Virus record (IMG/VR): IMGVR_UViG_3300036982_001423
Direction: 5' to 3' (one strand)
Length of the DNA: 41,402 bases
DNA from: a virus
Lineage: Duplodnaviria > Heunggongvirae > Uroviricota > Caudoviricetes
Made by a program: the position numbers and the translations under genes. A model generated the notes under the pieces. That model was not told the DNA's origin. It made no database searches and worked only from the letters and a program-made list of their open reading frames with translations. Every line of letters begins with the position of its first letter. Position 1 is the first letter of the stretch. This document shows, piece by piece, positions 18,591 to 28,184 of this stretch.

Positions 18591-20015
18591 ATGATATACA
18601 ATAAAGATTGTTTAGAAGGAATGAAAGAACTGGATAAGAATATTATTGATCTTGTTTTAACAGACCCCCCATATGGATTAGAATTTATGGGGAAGAAATG
18701 GGATAAATTAACAGAACATACAAGTCCAAAGGCAAATGGAATATACCCCAAAAACCGAAATACGAGCGGATATCGTTATAGTGAATGTGATGGATATTCA
18801 ATGCAAGAATGGCATTATAACTGGGCAATTGAAGCCATACGTGTTGCTAAACCCGGCGCACATCTCATGGCGTTTGGAGGGACGAGAACCTTTCATCGGT
18901 TAATGGTAGCGATTGAAGATGCAGGATGGGAGATAAGAGACACAATCGGATGGATTTACGGATCGGGATTCCCAAAATCTACCAATATAGCCAAAAATAT
19001 AGACAAACAAGCAGGAATTAAGCCCGAAATAGTGGGAGTATTACCAAGCAGTCGTGCAAAAGCAAGTGATAGTGGGTTCATGATGGCACAGAAACTCGAA
19101 ACCAAATCCGTATCTGATGCTGCGAAAGAGTGGGACGGTTGGGGTTCAGCCTTAAAACCGTCATGGGAACCCGTAGTATTAGCCCGCAAACCGCTTGAGG
19201 GTACATTAGCCGCAAATACGCTCAAGTGGGGAACTGGAGGGATTAACATAGATGTATGTCGTGTACCGTATCAATCAAAAAAAGATTATGACACATTAGT
19301 AAATAATTACAAAGGGGGATTAGAACGAGATACACCTGAAACCCAAGAGAGTTGGAAGTTACACGATGGAGGATGGAAATTAGGGCAGGGGATTACAATT
19401 CCCGGTGAACAAAAAGGTAGATTTCCGGCAAATATAATCCACGACGGTAGCCAAACCGTTCTTGATATGTTTCCAAACGCAAAGGGTATGAGTGGTGGGG
19501 GTGCAAAAGACAATCTAAAAAAAGAAAAATGGGCTATTCAACCGTATAATCGCCAAATCGTAAGAGATGAATGGTTACGTGGTGATTCCGGTTCCGCAGC
19601 CCGTTTCTTTTATTGTGCGAAGGCAAGTCGTAGTGAACGAGATAGGGGATTAACCGATTGTGAAACATTAGGTCGAAAAACACCGATGGCGGGTAGAGGT
19701 CAAGGCGGTTTAAAATGTAAAATATGCGGTCACTGGAAGAATTCAGGTAGTCCGTGTATATGCACAAATCCAGAATGGGAACAATCGAATTTCGTTTCAC
19801 CGCCACAGAAATGCAGCCATCCCTGCGTTAAACCCCTTTCCCTTATAGAATATCTCTTGAAACTAGGTAGCCGCAAAGGTGCATTAGTATTAGACCCGTT
19901 CATGGGTTCTGGAACTACAGGGATAGCGTGTAAGAAACTGGGCAGAGAGTTTATTGGGTATGAGCTGGAAACAGAATATTACGAAATTGCAGAAGCACGT
20001 ATCAAAGGTGTATAA
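18591..20015 (+). CDS. Beta-class N6-A/N4-C DNA methyltransferase with long insertions
   Basis: Catalytic TDPPYG. GWEIRDTIGWIYGSGFPKS, GRFPANIIHDG, HPCVKP and SAM-binding VLDPFMGSGTTG. Confidence 0.95.
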   Translation: MIYNKDCLEGMKELDKNIIDLVLTDPPYGLEFMGKKWDKLTEHTSPKANGIYPKNRNTSGYRYSECDGYSMQEWHYNWAIEAIRVAKPGAHLMAFGGTRTFHRLMVAIEDAGWEIRDTIGWIYGSGFPKSTNIAKNIDKQAGIKPEIVGVLPSSRAKASDSGFMMAQKLETKSVSDAAKEWDGWGSALKPSWEPVVLARKPLEGTLAANTLKWGTGGINIDVCRVPYQSKKDYDTLVNNYKGGLERDTPETQESWKLHDGGWKLGQGITIPGEQKGRFPANIIHDGSQTVLDMFPNAKGMSGGGAKDNLKKEKWAIQPYNRQIVRDEWLRGDSGSAARFFYCAKASRSERDRGLTDCETLGRKTPMAGRGQGGLKCKICGHWKNSGSPCICTNPEWEQSNFVSPPQKCSHPCVKPLSLIEYLLKLGSRKGALVLDPFMGSGTTGIACKKLGREFIGYELETEYYEIAEARIKGV

Positions 20016-20518
20016 TGAAAGGACAGAAAGCATTATTTTCAAGTGCTAGTAACGAATGGGAAACTCCGCAGGGTTTATTTGATACCCTTAACAAAGAGTT
20101 TCAATTCGATTGTGACGCAGCAGCAACCGCATCGAACTGTAAAGTAGGCAGGTTCTTTGCAGAAGGGTCGGTATGGGATGCACTTAAATTAGATTGGAGT
20201 TCAATTCCACACGTAACTAAAATTTTCTTAAATCCTCCGTATGGTCAAATCGCAGTGTTTATGAAAAAGGCGTATGAAGAAAGCCTGAAAGGACTTACAG
20301 TAGTATGTCTAATCCCTGCAAGGACGGATACGAAATATTTTCACGAGTATTGTATGAAATCCCACGAGATCCGGTTTATCAAAGGCAGACTAAAGTTCAC
20401 GAACTCGACATTAGGGGAAAAGAAACTTACGTCAGCTACATTTCCATCATGTATCGTAATATTTGACCACAAAAAATATGATAAAAATAACGATCCTATA
20501 TTAACCGTACAGGAGTAA
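20015..20518 (+). CDS. Phage-type DNA N6-adenine methyltransferase (Dam family)
   Basis: NEWETPQ..FD.LN.EF.FD.DAAA, LNPPYG, CLIPARTDT and IRFIKGRLKF. Confidence 0.95.
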   Translation: MKGQKALFSSASNEWETPQGLFDTLNKEFQFDCDAAATASNCKVGRFFAEGSVWDALKLDWSSIPHVTKIFLNPPYGQIAVFMKKAYEESLKGLTVVCLIPARTDTKYFHEYCMKSHEIRFIKGRLKFTNSTLGEKKLTSATFPSCIVIFDHKKYDKNNDPILTVQE

Positions 20519-20519
20519 C

Positions 20520-20744
20520 ATGATAGATCCGCATGTATATACACAAGACAGAACGTATAGAGATTACGATGAATCTAGAAAGAGAAAAGATCAACTGAAA
20601 TCAGAAGGGTTCCGCACAAAGTTGCGGAAAATTGACGACGGTTCATTTGTAATTTATAAGAAAAACATTGAACTGATCGATAAACAAGGCACAAAAGTAT
20701 ACAAACCAAGGAGTTACGATAACAATGGCAAGCGCATCAATTAA
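20520..20744 (+). CDS. Small basic alpha/beta protein
   Basis: Pattern similar to 37431..37616 and 40633..40809. Confidence 0.6.
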   Translation: MIDPHVYTQDRTYRDYDESRKRKDQLKSEGFRTKLRKIDDGSFVIYKKNIELIDKQGTKVYKPRSYDNNGKRIN

Positions 20745-21246
20745 ACTGAAGAAAGGCACGATCTTATCGGATAACTTAAACCACACATTAATGGCAATTG
20801 CGATTAACGTCCGGAAAGACGTTGACGGGTTTGCACTGGCAATGACAACCGTATTCCTCGTAATGACAGGATTATTAGTATATTGGATCACGCTAGGATA
20901 TTACGGTATGCAATCCTATGCACGAGACTGGGTAGCAGCAAACCCCTCAATTACCGTAGACCAGACAGCAACATGGAACTACTGGTTTACAGTGATATAC
21001 ACATTAACCCCGTGGCTGTTATGCTTGTTCTTTGCGTATATCAATACAGTCTTAATCTGTTTAGCGTATACTTCAGAACCAGTGCATATACAGAAAGATA
21101 CCCCGAATAAACAGGTTAAAAAACCTGTCAAAAAACTGAAACATGATGTATGTCCGTATTGCGATAGCCGTAAAGTAAGAGAAGCAGGCGCATGCAGTAC
21201 TCACGCAGGCAGGATGTTTTGTAAATCGTGTAAGGAGTTTTACTAA
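20725..21246 (+). CDS. Two-TM membrane protein with C-terminal Zn ribbon
   Basis: Two TM segments, then CPYC...C...CKSC. Confidence 0.7.
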   Translation: MASASIKLKKGTILSDNLNHTLMAIAINVRKDVDGFALAMTTVFLVMTGLLVYWITLGYYGMQSYARDWVAANPSITVDQTATWNYWFTVIYTLTPWLLCLFFAYINTVLICLAYTSEPVHIQKDTPNKQVKKPVKKLKHDVCPYCDSRKVREAGACSTHAGRMFCKSCKEFY

Positions 21247-21247
21247 T

Positions 21248-21439
21248 ATGCCGACGAAAAAAGAAGTTATCAAGAAAGTAGGAAAACCGATGTGGGATAA
21301 GATGGTAGCGACCACATGGTTAGACGGGATCACCGTAACTATGAATGAGAATGGTGAGATGGACATTCCGCAATCTGATATTGACCGGGCGTATCGGGCA
21401 GCTAATGGCGGTAACATACACCCGCTGGAATGGGATTGA
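21248..21439 (+). CDS. Hypothetical protein
   Basis: ORF track. Confidence 0.6.
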   Translation: MPTKKEVIKKVGKPMWDKMVATTWLDGITVTMNENGEMDIPQSDIDRAYRAANGGNIHPLEWD

Positions 21440-21660
21440 CTATGACGCCAGAACAAGAAATGCGAGCGAAAGCGATAGAATTAGCAATACAATGGAAATC
21501 TACATTAGCTGCCGCAGCGATCCAAGCTAAAATGGGTATGAAAGATATGAACCCCTTTGATGATCTTGATCTATTATATGAATACATATCAGAAGGTAAA
21601 AACCGGAGAAAAAACCATGACACGCTATTACGTCCCGATGAGATGCCCGAACTGCGGTGA
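21430..21660 (+). CDS. Hypothetical protein
   Basis: ORF track. True start probably ATG near 21442. Confidence 0.55.
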   Translation: MGLTMTPEQEMRAKAIELAIQWKSTLAAAAIQAKMGMKDMNPFDDLDLLYEYISEGKNRRKNHDTLLRPDEMPELR

Positions 21661-21808
21661 TGCAAGCATGACCGAAACCCCCAACCCATTAGCGCAATCG
21701 GGCGACCCGGAGCACATGCGTCACGCGATGGTAGTAAAATGGGCGGAATGCAACATGTGCGGTGAAATATACCCGTTACCTAGAAATGTCAAAGAATATC
21801 ACTCATAA
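21617..21808 (+). CDS. Zn-ribbon micro-protein (CPNCG...CNMCG)
   Basis: Two CxxCG motifs. Confidence 0.65.
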   Translation: MTRYYVPMRCPNCGDASMTETPNPLAQSGDPEHMRHAMVVKWAECNMCGEIYPLPRNVKEYHS

Positions 21809-21862
21809 TAATAAGAACGGGTGTAGAAACCATTATATTGAGAAAAGGAGTATAGATTACAT

Positions 21863-22255
21863 ATGTATTGTCCATTTGTATACGCAAAAGTAATGTGTGA
21901 TGAATCGCTAGTCCCGAAAAACAAACAACTGGATATCAGAATCGCATGTTACGAAGATAAATGTCCGATTAAGATATGGGAACCCAAGAAAAAGATTGGT
22001 ACGGTAGAGATTGCAGGGCGGTGCAGTATAATCATTAATATCTGTGAGGAATGCTCGCAGTTGCATAAGTGTAAGAAAACTGGAGACAGTAAAGAAGAAT
22101 GCAGGCAGGAACGAATTGATAGCATGTTCCGCATATCAACCCCAAAACCCGTAGAACCTGTAGAACCCGCACAGACGGAGGTACAGAGACGCCGACACAC
22201 TCCAGTACCCGCAGAACCCGCACCGATTCAGACGATAGGTAATGAATTCCCATGA
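21863..22255 (+). CDS. Cys-rich protein with Pro-rich tail
   Basis: GGAG RBS. Nine Cys and a PVEPVEP tail. Confidence 0.65.
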   Translation: MYCPFVYAKVMCDESLVPKNKQLDIRIACYEDKCPIKIWEPKKKIGTVEIAGRCSIIINICEECSQLHKCKKTGDSKEECRQERIDSMFRISTPKPVEPVEPAQTEVQRRRHTPVPAEPAPIQTIGNEFP

Positions 22256-22434
22256 TCGGAAGGGAATGCGAGTTTCAGGGCATTAACAATAAATGTGAGA
22301 ACCGCAAATGCTTGCACTATAAAAGTGACTGCCCCCCAATGACTTGCAAAGAGATTGCAGTCGAAGACTGTATGTATTCATTACCCGTAAACTATTTTGA
22401 TAGGAAAGAGGTTAGACAGCAATGGCAGAAATAA
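22252..22434 (+). CDS. Cys-rich micro-protein
   Basis: ORF track. Seven Cys. Confidence 0.5.
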   Translation: MIGRECEFQGINNKCENRKCLHYKSDCPPMTCKEIAVEDCMYSLPVNYFDRKEVRQQWQK

Positions 22435-22703
22435 CAATTAAACTAACGCAGGGAAAACTACTTTTTATCGTTGCCGGGGTTCTGTTATCCGCAGGGTTAT
22501 CATTACACCAATATTTCTTGTTTTTACGGGCATATTTCAGCAAATCCAAGGCGGTTGTGCTTTTTATCGACAAAATGGGAGAAGCAAATTTAGAACTTAT
22601 ATTAATGACAATATCTGCGATCATAATAGTAATCACGACATATTATATTATGAAATTTTTGAGCAACCTAAAGAAAGGTGGAGGAAAAGTATGTTTGGTG
22701 TGA
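22422..22703 (+). CDS. Two-TM membrane protein, tandem paralogue 1
   Basis: QYxLFxxxYFS...GEANLE is shared with the next gene. Confidence 0.75.
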   Translation: MAEITIKLTQGKLLFIVAGVLLSAGLSLHQYFLFLRAYFSKSKAVVLFIDKMGEANLELILMTISAIIIVITTYYIMKFLSNLKKGGGKVCLV

Positions 22704-22709
22704 GGCGAT

Positions 22710-22970
22710 ATGGAAATACGGTTTGAAGTTACAAAACCAGAATTAATCATAATTTTTCTAGGGATAACATTAGCATTAGTCACATCAATCCAGCAATATT
22801 TACTATTTTGTAAGACATACTTTTCACCATCCCAAACGATCTTATTCAGTATAAACACTTTTGGAGAAGCGAACCTAGAAATGGTTGTAGTATCCGTATC
22901 GATGGTTCTGATAATTGCATCTTCTACGTATTTATTCAAAGTAATATTCCCGAAACTGGTGAAACCATGA
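22710..22970 (+). CDS. Two-TM membrane protein, tandem paralogue 2
   Basis: Same QY/YFS/GEANLE motifs. Confidence 0.75.
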   Translation: MEIRFEVTKPELIIIFLGITLALVTSIQQYLLFCKTYFSPSQTILFSINTFGEANLEMVVVSVSMVLIIASSTYLFKVIFPKLVKP

Positions 22971-24676
22971 GTTACAGGAACTTTCTGATATTATCATTAG
23001 TATGGATTATAGCAATTTATGCAACTATCCCGTCAGTATCAGCAGTACCAAAATGCGAGGTATTATATCAGGGTGACGAAGTATTTTTGGGGGAAGAAAA
23101 CTGCGATTTGTCGCGTGTAATTTCATGGCAAACGACGTTCGCTTATTATAACAGCGGGTATCCGGGAGGGATTCCAGATAGGGAAGTAGAAGTCAGCGGG
23201 TTTATGCACAACGTCTATATTGATCCCGCAGTTTACTGTGTAGGAACGTGGTATAAATACGATTTCGGGGATGACGATGCAGGTAACATGTTAGCGTTTG
23301 TAGTAAAATCGGGTGTCCGTCCGGAAGTATATACCAATGAAACCCCGGCGCCCGGAACTACCCCGATAATTCCAACCCCTCCAGCGAAAAATATCCCGAA
23401 AGAGACACATCTGTATATTGCAAGGGGAGATCACGGAACATTAAGTTACGCATTAGATTGGAATAAAACGTTACAGAACACACCAATGAACGGCACGATC
23501 TGGTTATTCGGCACGAGCAGTTCATTAACGCAGGTATTAGACGAACCGATGGTCTATAACAGCAACGACACTGTAAATACCTATACAATTTCACCGGAAA
23601 AATCAGATACTTTAACGCCCGGTTTCTATACGGGCTATATCCAATTCGCAGGAGCTAATGGAATTAAAGATGTATGGTATTCCCAATCCCATAAAATAGA
23701 TGATTACAGGTATAACATACTGGAAACTCCGTATGATGACGCAGTAGTTCCGGACGTTCCGTTAGAAGGATACGTACCGAGCAGAGTTCAAGAAGAATTC
23801 GAAAAACTAGCAAAATCATCAAGATATTCAGATGATGTATTAATCCCGATTACAATGGAAGTCGCTGACCCGGAATTAACAATTACTAATTACTGGGAAG
23901 AGTTAGATTTTATCGTAATCCAAGGCACAACCAATTTAGAGGCAGGCACACCGATAACCATCTGGATAGATCCGGATCAATATCCATTACCGGCAGACAA
24001 ACGAGCGCACACGTTTAACACTACAGCAATAAAAGAAACGACAACAGGGTATCTGCTTACGGTAGACGATCACAAATACATTGACGAAGATGGCAATCCC
24101 GTATTACAAGCGAGATCCAGTCCTAGAACGTTTAAAATTAGCATTCCGTTACTGTGGGGAGAATTAGGAATTGGCGAACATTCCGTAGTAGCAGAGGTTA
24201 CTAAATATAACATTGATGTAACTACCACGAAAATATTCGCAATTTCAGGTACATGGGTAAATCCCACACCCGTCCCGGAGTTTAAGAAAGTCATTGTCAG
24301 TGAAGGCGGCACACACGCGGTCAGTTTAGATAACAAAACAGTATTCGATTCGAGTGGTTTCCCGAACGGTTCAGTCCAACCGACAATCCAAGCAGGCACA
24401 TGGGATATAGATGTCAATGGCAACCCGGTAATGAGAACTACATATCCCGTGGTCACATTGCCACCTACCCCGACGTTACCGCCCGTAAATGAAACTTTAC
24501 ACCCGAACGTCAATACTACGGCTCGGAACAACACCAGACCGATTACAGTAGCGACTACAATCCCAACCCGCACACCGATCCCAGTACCGACTGATGACGT
24601 AACAATCCCAGTCAGTCCGGTATTAGCGTTAATGGGTATAGCAGTTGTAGTATTAGTCAAAGGCAGAAGGAGGTAA
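22967..24676 (+). CDS. DUF3821-like cell-surface (S-layer-type) glycoprotein with archaeosortase-like C-terminal signal
   Basis: Signal peptide. QGDEVFLGEE N-domain and IQGTTNLEAG Ig-like segment resemble Methanomicrobiales surface proteins. Many N-x-T sequons, Thr/Pro linker, and IPVSP-TM-RRR end. Confidence 0.75.
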   Translation: MSYRNFLILSLVWIIAIYATIPSVSAVPKCEVLYQGDEVFLGEENCDLSRVISWQTTFAYYNSGYPGGIPDREVEVSGFMHNVYIDPAVYCVGTWYKYDFGDDDAGNMLAFVVKSGVRPEVYTNETPAPGTTPIIPTPPAKNIPKETHLYIARGDHGTLSYALDWNKTLQNTPMNGTIWLFGTSSSLTQVLDEPMVYNSNDTVNTYTISPEKSDTLTPGFYTGYIQFAGANGIKDVWYSQSHKIDDYRYNILETPYDDAVVPDVPLEGYVPSRVQEEFEKLAKSSRYSDDVLIPITMEVADPELTITNYWEELDFIVIQGTTNLEAGTPITIWIDPDQYPLPADKRAHTFNTTAIKETTTGYLLTVDDHKYIDEDGNPVLQARSSPRTFKISIPLLWGELGIGEHSVVAEVTKYNIDVTTTKIFAISGTWVNPTPVPEFKKVIVSEGGTHAVSLDNKTVFDSSGFPNGSVQPTIQAGTWDIDVNGNPVMRTTYPVVTLPPTPTLPPVNETLHPNVNTTARNNTRPITVATTIPTRTPIPVPTDDVTIPVSPVLALMGIAVVVLVKGRRR

Positions 24677-24683
24677 TCATTAC

Positions 24684-24956
24684 ATGGCAACAGAAATGGC
24701 GCAATATACACTGTGGGGTATGGCAATTGGCGTAGTAGTATTTGGCATACTATTCGGCTACGTTTACTTCACAACCCCTACATATACAGACGCCCAGAAA
24801 CTCGAACTTAACGAAATGTATGCGTATAATTGCACGAAATGTTTAGTTAAAGAGAACACTACCTGCACGGCAGCCACGATAGAATATACGCAATGGGGGA
24901 CAGTGTGTGATCTAAAGTATATCCGTAACTGCACAGCAGCGTGTCGGAGGTTCTGA
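24684..24956 (+). CDS. Membrane-anchored Cys-rich small protein
   Basis: TM segment, NCT/NTT sequons and six Cys. Confidence 0.65.
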   Translation: MATEMAQYTLWGMAIGVVVFGILFGYVYFTTPTYTDAQKLELNEMYAYNCTKCLVKENTTCTAATIEYTQWGTVCDLKYIRNCTAACRRF

Positions 24957-25050
24957 TGGGAACCCTCACTGTATGCAAACAATGTGAACATTTCAATGAA
25001 ATAACTGGGTATTGTAACCATTACGAACAATTTTATTATTTTGTAGTGCG

Positions 25051-25254
25051 ATGCGAAAAGGAGAATGTATGAGACTTATAAAAACCTGCGGGAACTGCAA
25101 CTATTTCTGTGCGCCGTATCGGTCAACAGAAGGTGTATGTCAGAGGTATCCTCCGACAGTATTAGAAATCAGAACAGCATATCCGTGTGTATATACATCA
25201 GGAACATGCGGAGAATGGAAAGTGAAGGTGGAACGTGAAAGTTTACAGGGTTAA
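25051..25254 (+). CDS. Cys-rich micro-protein (CGNC...CQRYPP...CGEW)
   Basis: Motif pattern common in phage hypothetical proteins. Confidence 0.65.
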   Translation: MRKGECMRLIKTCGNCNYFCAPYRSTEGVCQRYPPTVLEIRTAYPCVYTSGTCGEWKVKVERESLQG

Positions 25255-25564
25255 GAAATGGTCGCATATCCTGATCGAAGGGTTTTGTAGAATTAATCAG
25301 GAATATGATCATAAACATTCGAAATGGACGTATGGATGGAAAGGCAATAAGAACCCGGAAGATCGGGGAAAGTTACCGAATAAAGATTATGATCCTACGG
25401 TTAAACCGGACGAGAAACCAGAGTATTGCAAAGGGCATATCTGCGAAGCATGTTTACACGACGGAACGATGTGTCCCAACCTATTGTATGGAACTGTCGA
25501 GAAAAAACTCAAGAAGAAATTCGGAAAACTGGTGCACAAACACTATGAAAAAAACCAAGACTGA
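25235..25564 (+). CDS. Hypothetical protein with Cys cluster
   Basis: ORF track. Confidence 0.6.
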   Translation: MKVYRVKKWSHILIEGFCRINQEYDHKHSKWTYGWKGNKNPEDRGKLPNKDYDPTVKPDEKPEYCKGHICEACLHDGTMCPNLLYGTVEKKLKKKFGKLVHKHYEKNQD

Positions 25565-25697
25565 GATGTGTGTAGTCTGTGGCGGTGCATCGTTCAGAGC
25601 GTCAAAGAACGCGAAATGCGATGCATGTTTTGGGCAAGGATACCAGACATGGCAACTAGTTGAGCCAGAGAAGGTGAAAAAGATTGACGATGTGTAA
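25545..25697 (+). CDS. Zn-finger micro-protein (CVVCGG...CDACFGQG)
   Basis: DnaJ-like CxxCxGxG repeats, in frame with track ORF 25305..25697. Confidence 0.55.
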   Translation: MKKTKTEMCVVCGGASFRASKNAKCDACFGQGYQTWQLVEPEKVKKIDDV

Positions 25698-25775
25698 TGA
25701 CTACTTAGTTTTACACAATGATGCAGGTAGTTGCCATAACAACTATTGCAAGTATCAGTATCGGTATGATATCAC

Positions 25776-26111
25776 ATGTCCGATCAAACATCTTTTTGCA
25801 GAGAGGAGGAACAAGAAATGACACAGGAAGGGCAACAAGATTTACTGGATAACGAAAAACGAAACGGGGTATTACCGAACCGCCGGTTATTAGATGCAGA
25901 ATTAGTCGAGTTGAAAATGCTGGCACGGGAATGCAAACGTCATTTGAGCGATATGTATGGGTGCTTGAGAACCTATGATATAGAAAAAACATTTGACGGC
26001 ACCGATGAGAAATGTGATGAAGTCGGACGCATATGTGATAATGTTATCCGATATTGCAGCGACGAGCTCAAGAAACCCGAAGCAACCCGGAAAAAGAGGA
26101 ACAAAAAATGA
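25776..26111 (+). CDS. Helical hypothetical protein
   Basis: ORF track. GGAGG precedes an internal ATG near 25818. Confidence 0.6.
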   Translation: MSDQTSFCREEEQEMTQEGQQDLLDNEKRNGVLPNRRLLDAELVELKMLARECKRHLSDMYGCLRTYDIEKTFDGTDEKCDEVGRICDNVIRYCSDELKKPEATRKKRNKK

Positions 26112-26405
26112 AACGATTAGATTTACGTGTACTAGATATACTGTCAAATGAATATACCAAAAAGGACATATATCCGGATTACGAACCCCGTTCAATATCA
26201 GAAATACAAGAAAGCCTCATTAAATCGGATACAGAGGATACACAATGAGTGGATTAGGTATCGCATTTATATTATTGTTAATGATAACGGGCATCGTAAT
26301 CTGGTTTGGATTACCGGATATCCCGTTTATCATCAAACTGGGCGTAACCGCACCGTGTATTGGCGGCGTTTTCTTGATTATATTGTTCGGAATGAGGGAT
26401 GATTA

Positions 26406-27806
26406 TTGACATCCCATCACAAACTCATTCAGGGTGATGTAATTGACGGGTTACGCACCTTACCGGACAAAACTATACAGTGTGTGGTTACTAGTCCACC
26501 TTACTATAATCTCAGAAACTACGGGGATCACGCAGGGCAGATAGGGTTAGAAAAAACCCCAGAACTATATGTACAGCGACTTGTCGAAGTATTCAGGGAA
26601 GTTAAACGAGTATTGAGAGATGACGGCACATGTTGGTTAAATCTAGGTGACTCGTATGCTGGTGCGGGCATACATGCAGCCCACCATAAAAATCCGGGTA
26701 TGAGTAACGCTGCACATCGAGGGGGAGTTCCCGTAGGGTGTAAAGCGAAAGATTTGCTGGGCATCCCGTGGATGGTCGCATTTGCATTACGTGCCCCCGA
26801 ATATACCTGTAAAGGGTGCGGTCAAACCAATCATAGTTTGAAGTGGGGGACATTTCCCAACGGCAGAAGGATATGTCCGGCATGTGAGTTGTCTAAAGGG
26901 CATGATATAATACCGGGGTGGTATTTACGGAATGATATAATCTGGCACAAAAACAATCCGATGCCGGAAAGTGTAAATGATCGGTGTGCAAGGTCGCACG
27001 AATATGTATTTTTACTTACGAAATCCCAGAAATATTATTACGATGCAGAAGCCGTAAAAGAACCGCACAGTGAAGCGAACGAACGTGATTACAAGGCACG
27101 TATGCGGAGAGGCAAACTTGGATGGGATGGTAAAATATGCAAGAACCTAAAAGAAGATGGGGGTCAAAAACATTATGTAAAAGTAGGGCGATCTCGCACA
27201 GAGTTCCACAGCCCTACTGGTAGGACACGCAGATCGGTATGGACGATTAACTGTCAGCCCACTAAAGATGCCCATTTTGCTACGTTTCCAGAGAAGTTAG
27301 TTATCCCGTGCATACACGCAGGCACGAGTGAAAAAGGGTGTTGCCCGAAATGTGGTAGTCCGTGGAAACGCATCCTCAAAAAAGAAAAAATTGTATTGAC
27401 TGATACAAACAACTTCGGCAAGCACGACAGTAAATGGATAGATGAAGATACCCAGTCTAGCGGTCATCGTATTCAGAAAAACATGAACGCATTACGGGCG
27501 TTAGGGCGGGATCACGACAATCCATTCCCGGTCAAAGAAACGATTGGGTGGCAACCTACGTGTAAATGCGGGGATGAAACGGTAATCCCGTGTACGGTAT
27601 TAGATCCGTTCATGGGTAGTGGGACGGTTGCATTAGTAGCCCGTAACCACAATCGGTCAAGTATCGGGTGTGAACTTAACCCGGACTATGTGCATATATA
27701 CAAACGTAAACTCAACGCAGACCAGCAGTTAGACAGTGGCGTAGTAGAATTCATATTTGAAAAGGCAGGTGATACAGATGGCAAAACAGATCCAATTAAA
27801 CTTTGA
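26406..27806 (+). CDS. Beta-class DNA methyltransferase (SPPY, likely N4-cytosine) with two Zn-finger-like insertions
   Basis: VTSPPYY, LRDDGTCWLNLGDSY, GWYLRNDIIWHKNNPMPES, HFATFPEKL and VLDPFMGSGT. Confidence 0.95.
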   Translation: MTSHHKLIQGDVIDGLRTLPDKTIQCVVTSPPYYNLRNYGDHAGQIGLEKTPELYVQRLVEVFREVKRVLRDDGTCWLNLGDSYAGAGIHAAHHKNPGMSNAAHRGGVPVGCKAKDLLGIPWMVAFALRAPEYTCKGCGQTNHSLKWGTFPNGRRICPACELSKGHDIIPGWYLRNDIIWHKNNPMPESVNDRCARSHEYVFLLTKSQKYYYDAEAVKEPHSEANERDYKARMRRGKLGWDGKICKNLKEDGGQKHYVKVGRSRTEFHSPTGRTRRSVWTINCQPTKDAHFATFPEKLVIPCIHAGTSEKGCCPKCGSPWKRILKKEKIVLTDTNNFGKHDSKWIDEDTQSSGHRIQKNMNALRALGRDHDNPFPVKETIGWQPTCKCGDETVIPCTVLDPFMGSGTVALVARNHNRSSIGCELNPDYVHIYKRKLNADQQLDSGVVEFIFEKAGDTDGKTDPIKL

Positions 27807-28035
27807 GGATGTAAATCAATCGATCTTGTTAATGTGTGCGTTCAGGTATGCATTAGGTGGCAGGTCGTATGCTACAAGTTCGATAATTGAAGTTATTAAA
27901 GCGAACATCCCAAACATGGGTGATATAACGAAAGCCAAATATGCTACAGAGATTGAACAAGCGATTAAATCAGACCTAGCGGGCGGAAAATACGAAATTG
28001 AAGAATGGCAAGGAGTATTGGAGATGCTGGAATGA
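27757..28035 (+). CDS. Phage-type hypothetical protein (AFRYALG motif)
   Basis: Pattern I recognise from uncharacterised phage proteins. GGTGA RBS before MAKQ. Confidence 0.65.
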   Translation: MKRQVIQMAKQIQLNFEDVNQSILLMCAFRYALGGRSYATSSIIEVIKANIPNMGDITKAKYATEIEQAIKSDLAGGKYEIEEWQGVLEMLE

Positions 28036-28184
28036 TGTATGTAAAAGTAACTGTAGATTTTCTGGTAACTGGAGCAACCCCGGAAGCCGCAAAAAACAAA
28101 CTGGACGGAATGTTGAGACACACGTTAGTCCCGCATTACAACATCCGCCCGCACACAGAGGTAACTGGACTAGAAGGTGACTGA

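Noticed and set aside
26796-26915. Intein in the third methyltransferase
   Set aside because: Only 40 aa, with no N-terminal C/S and no C-terminal HN-C/S/T splice motifs.
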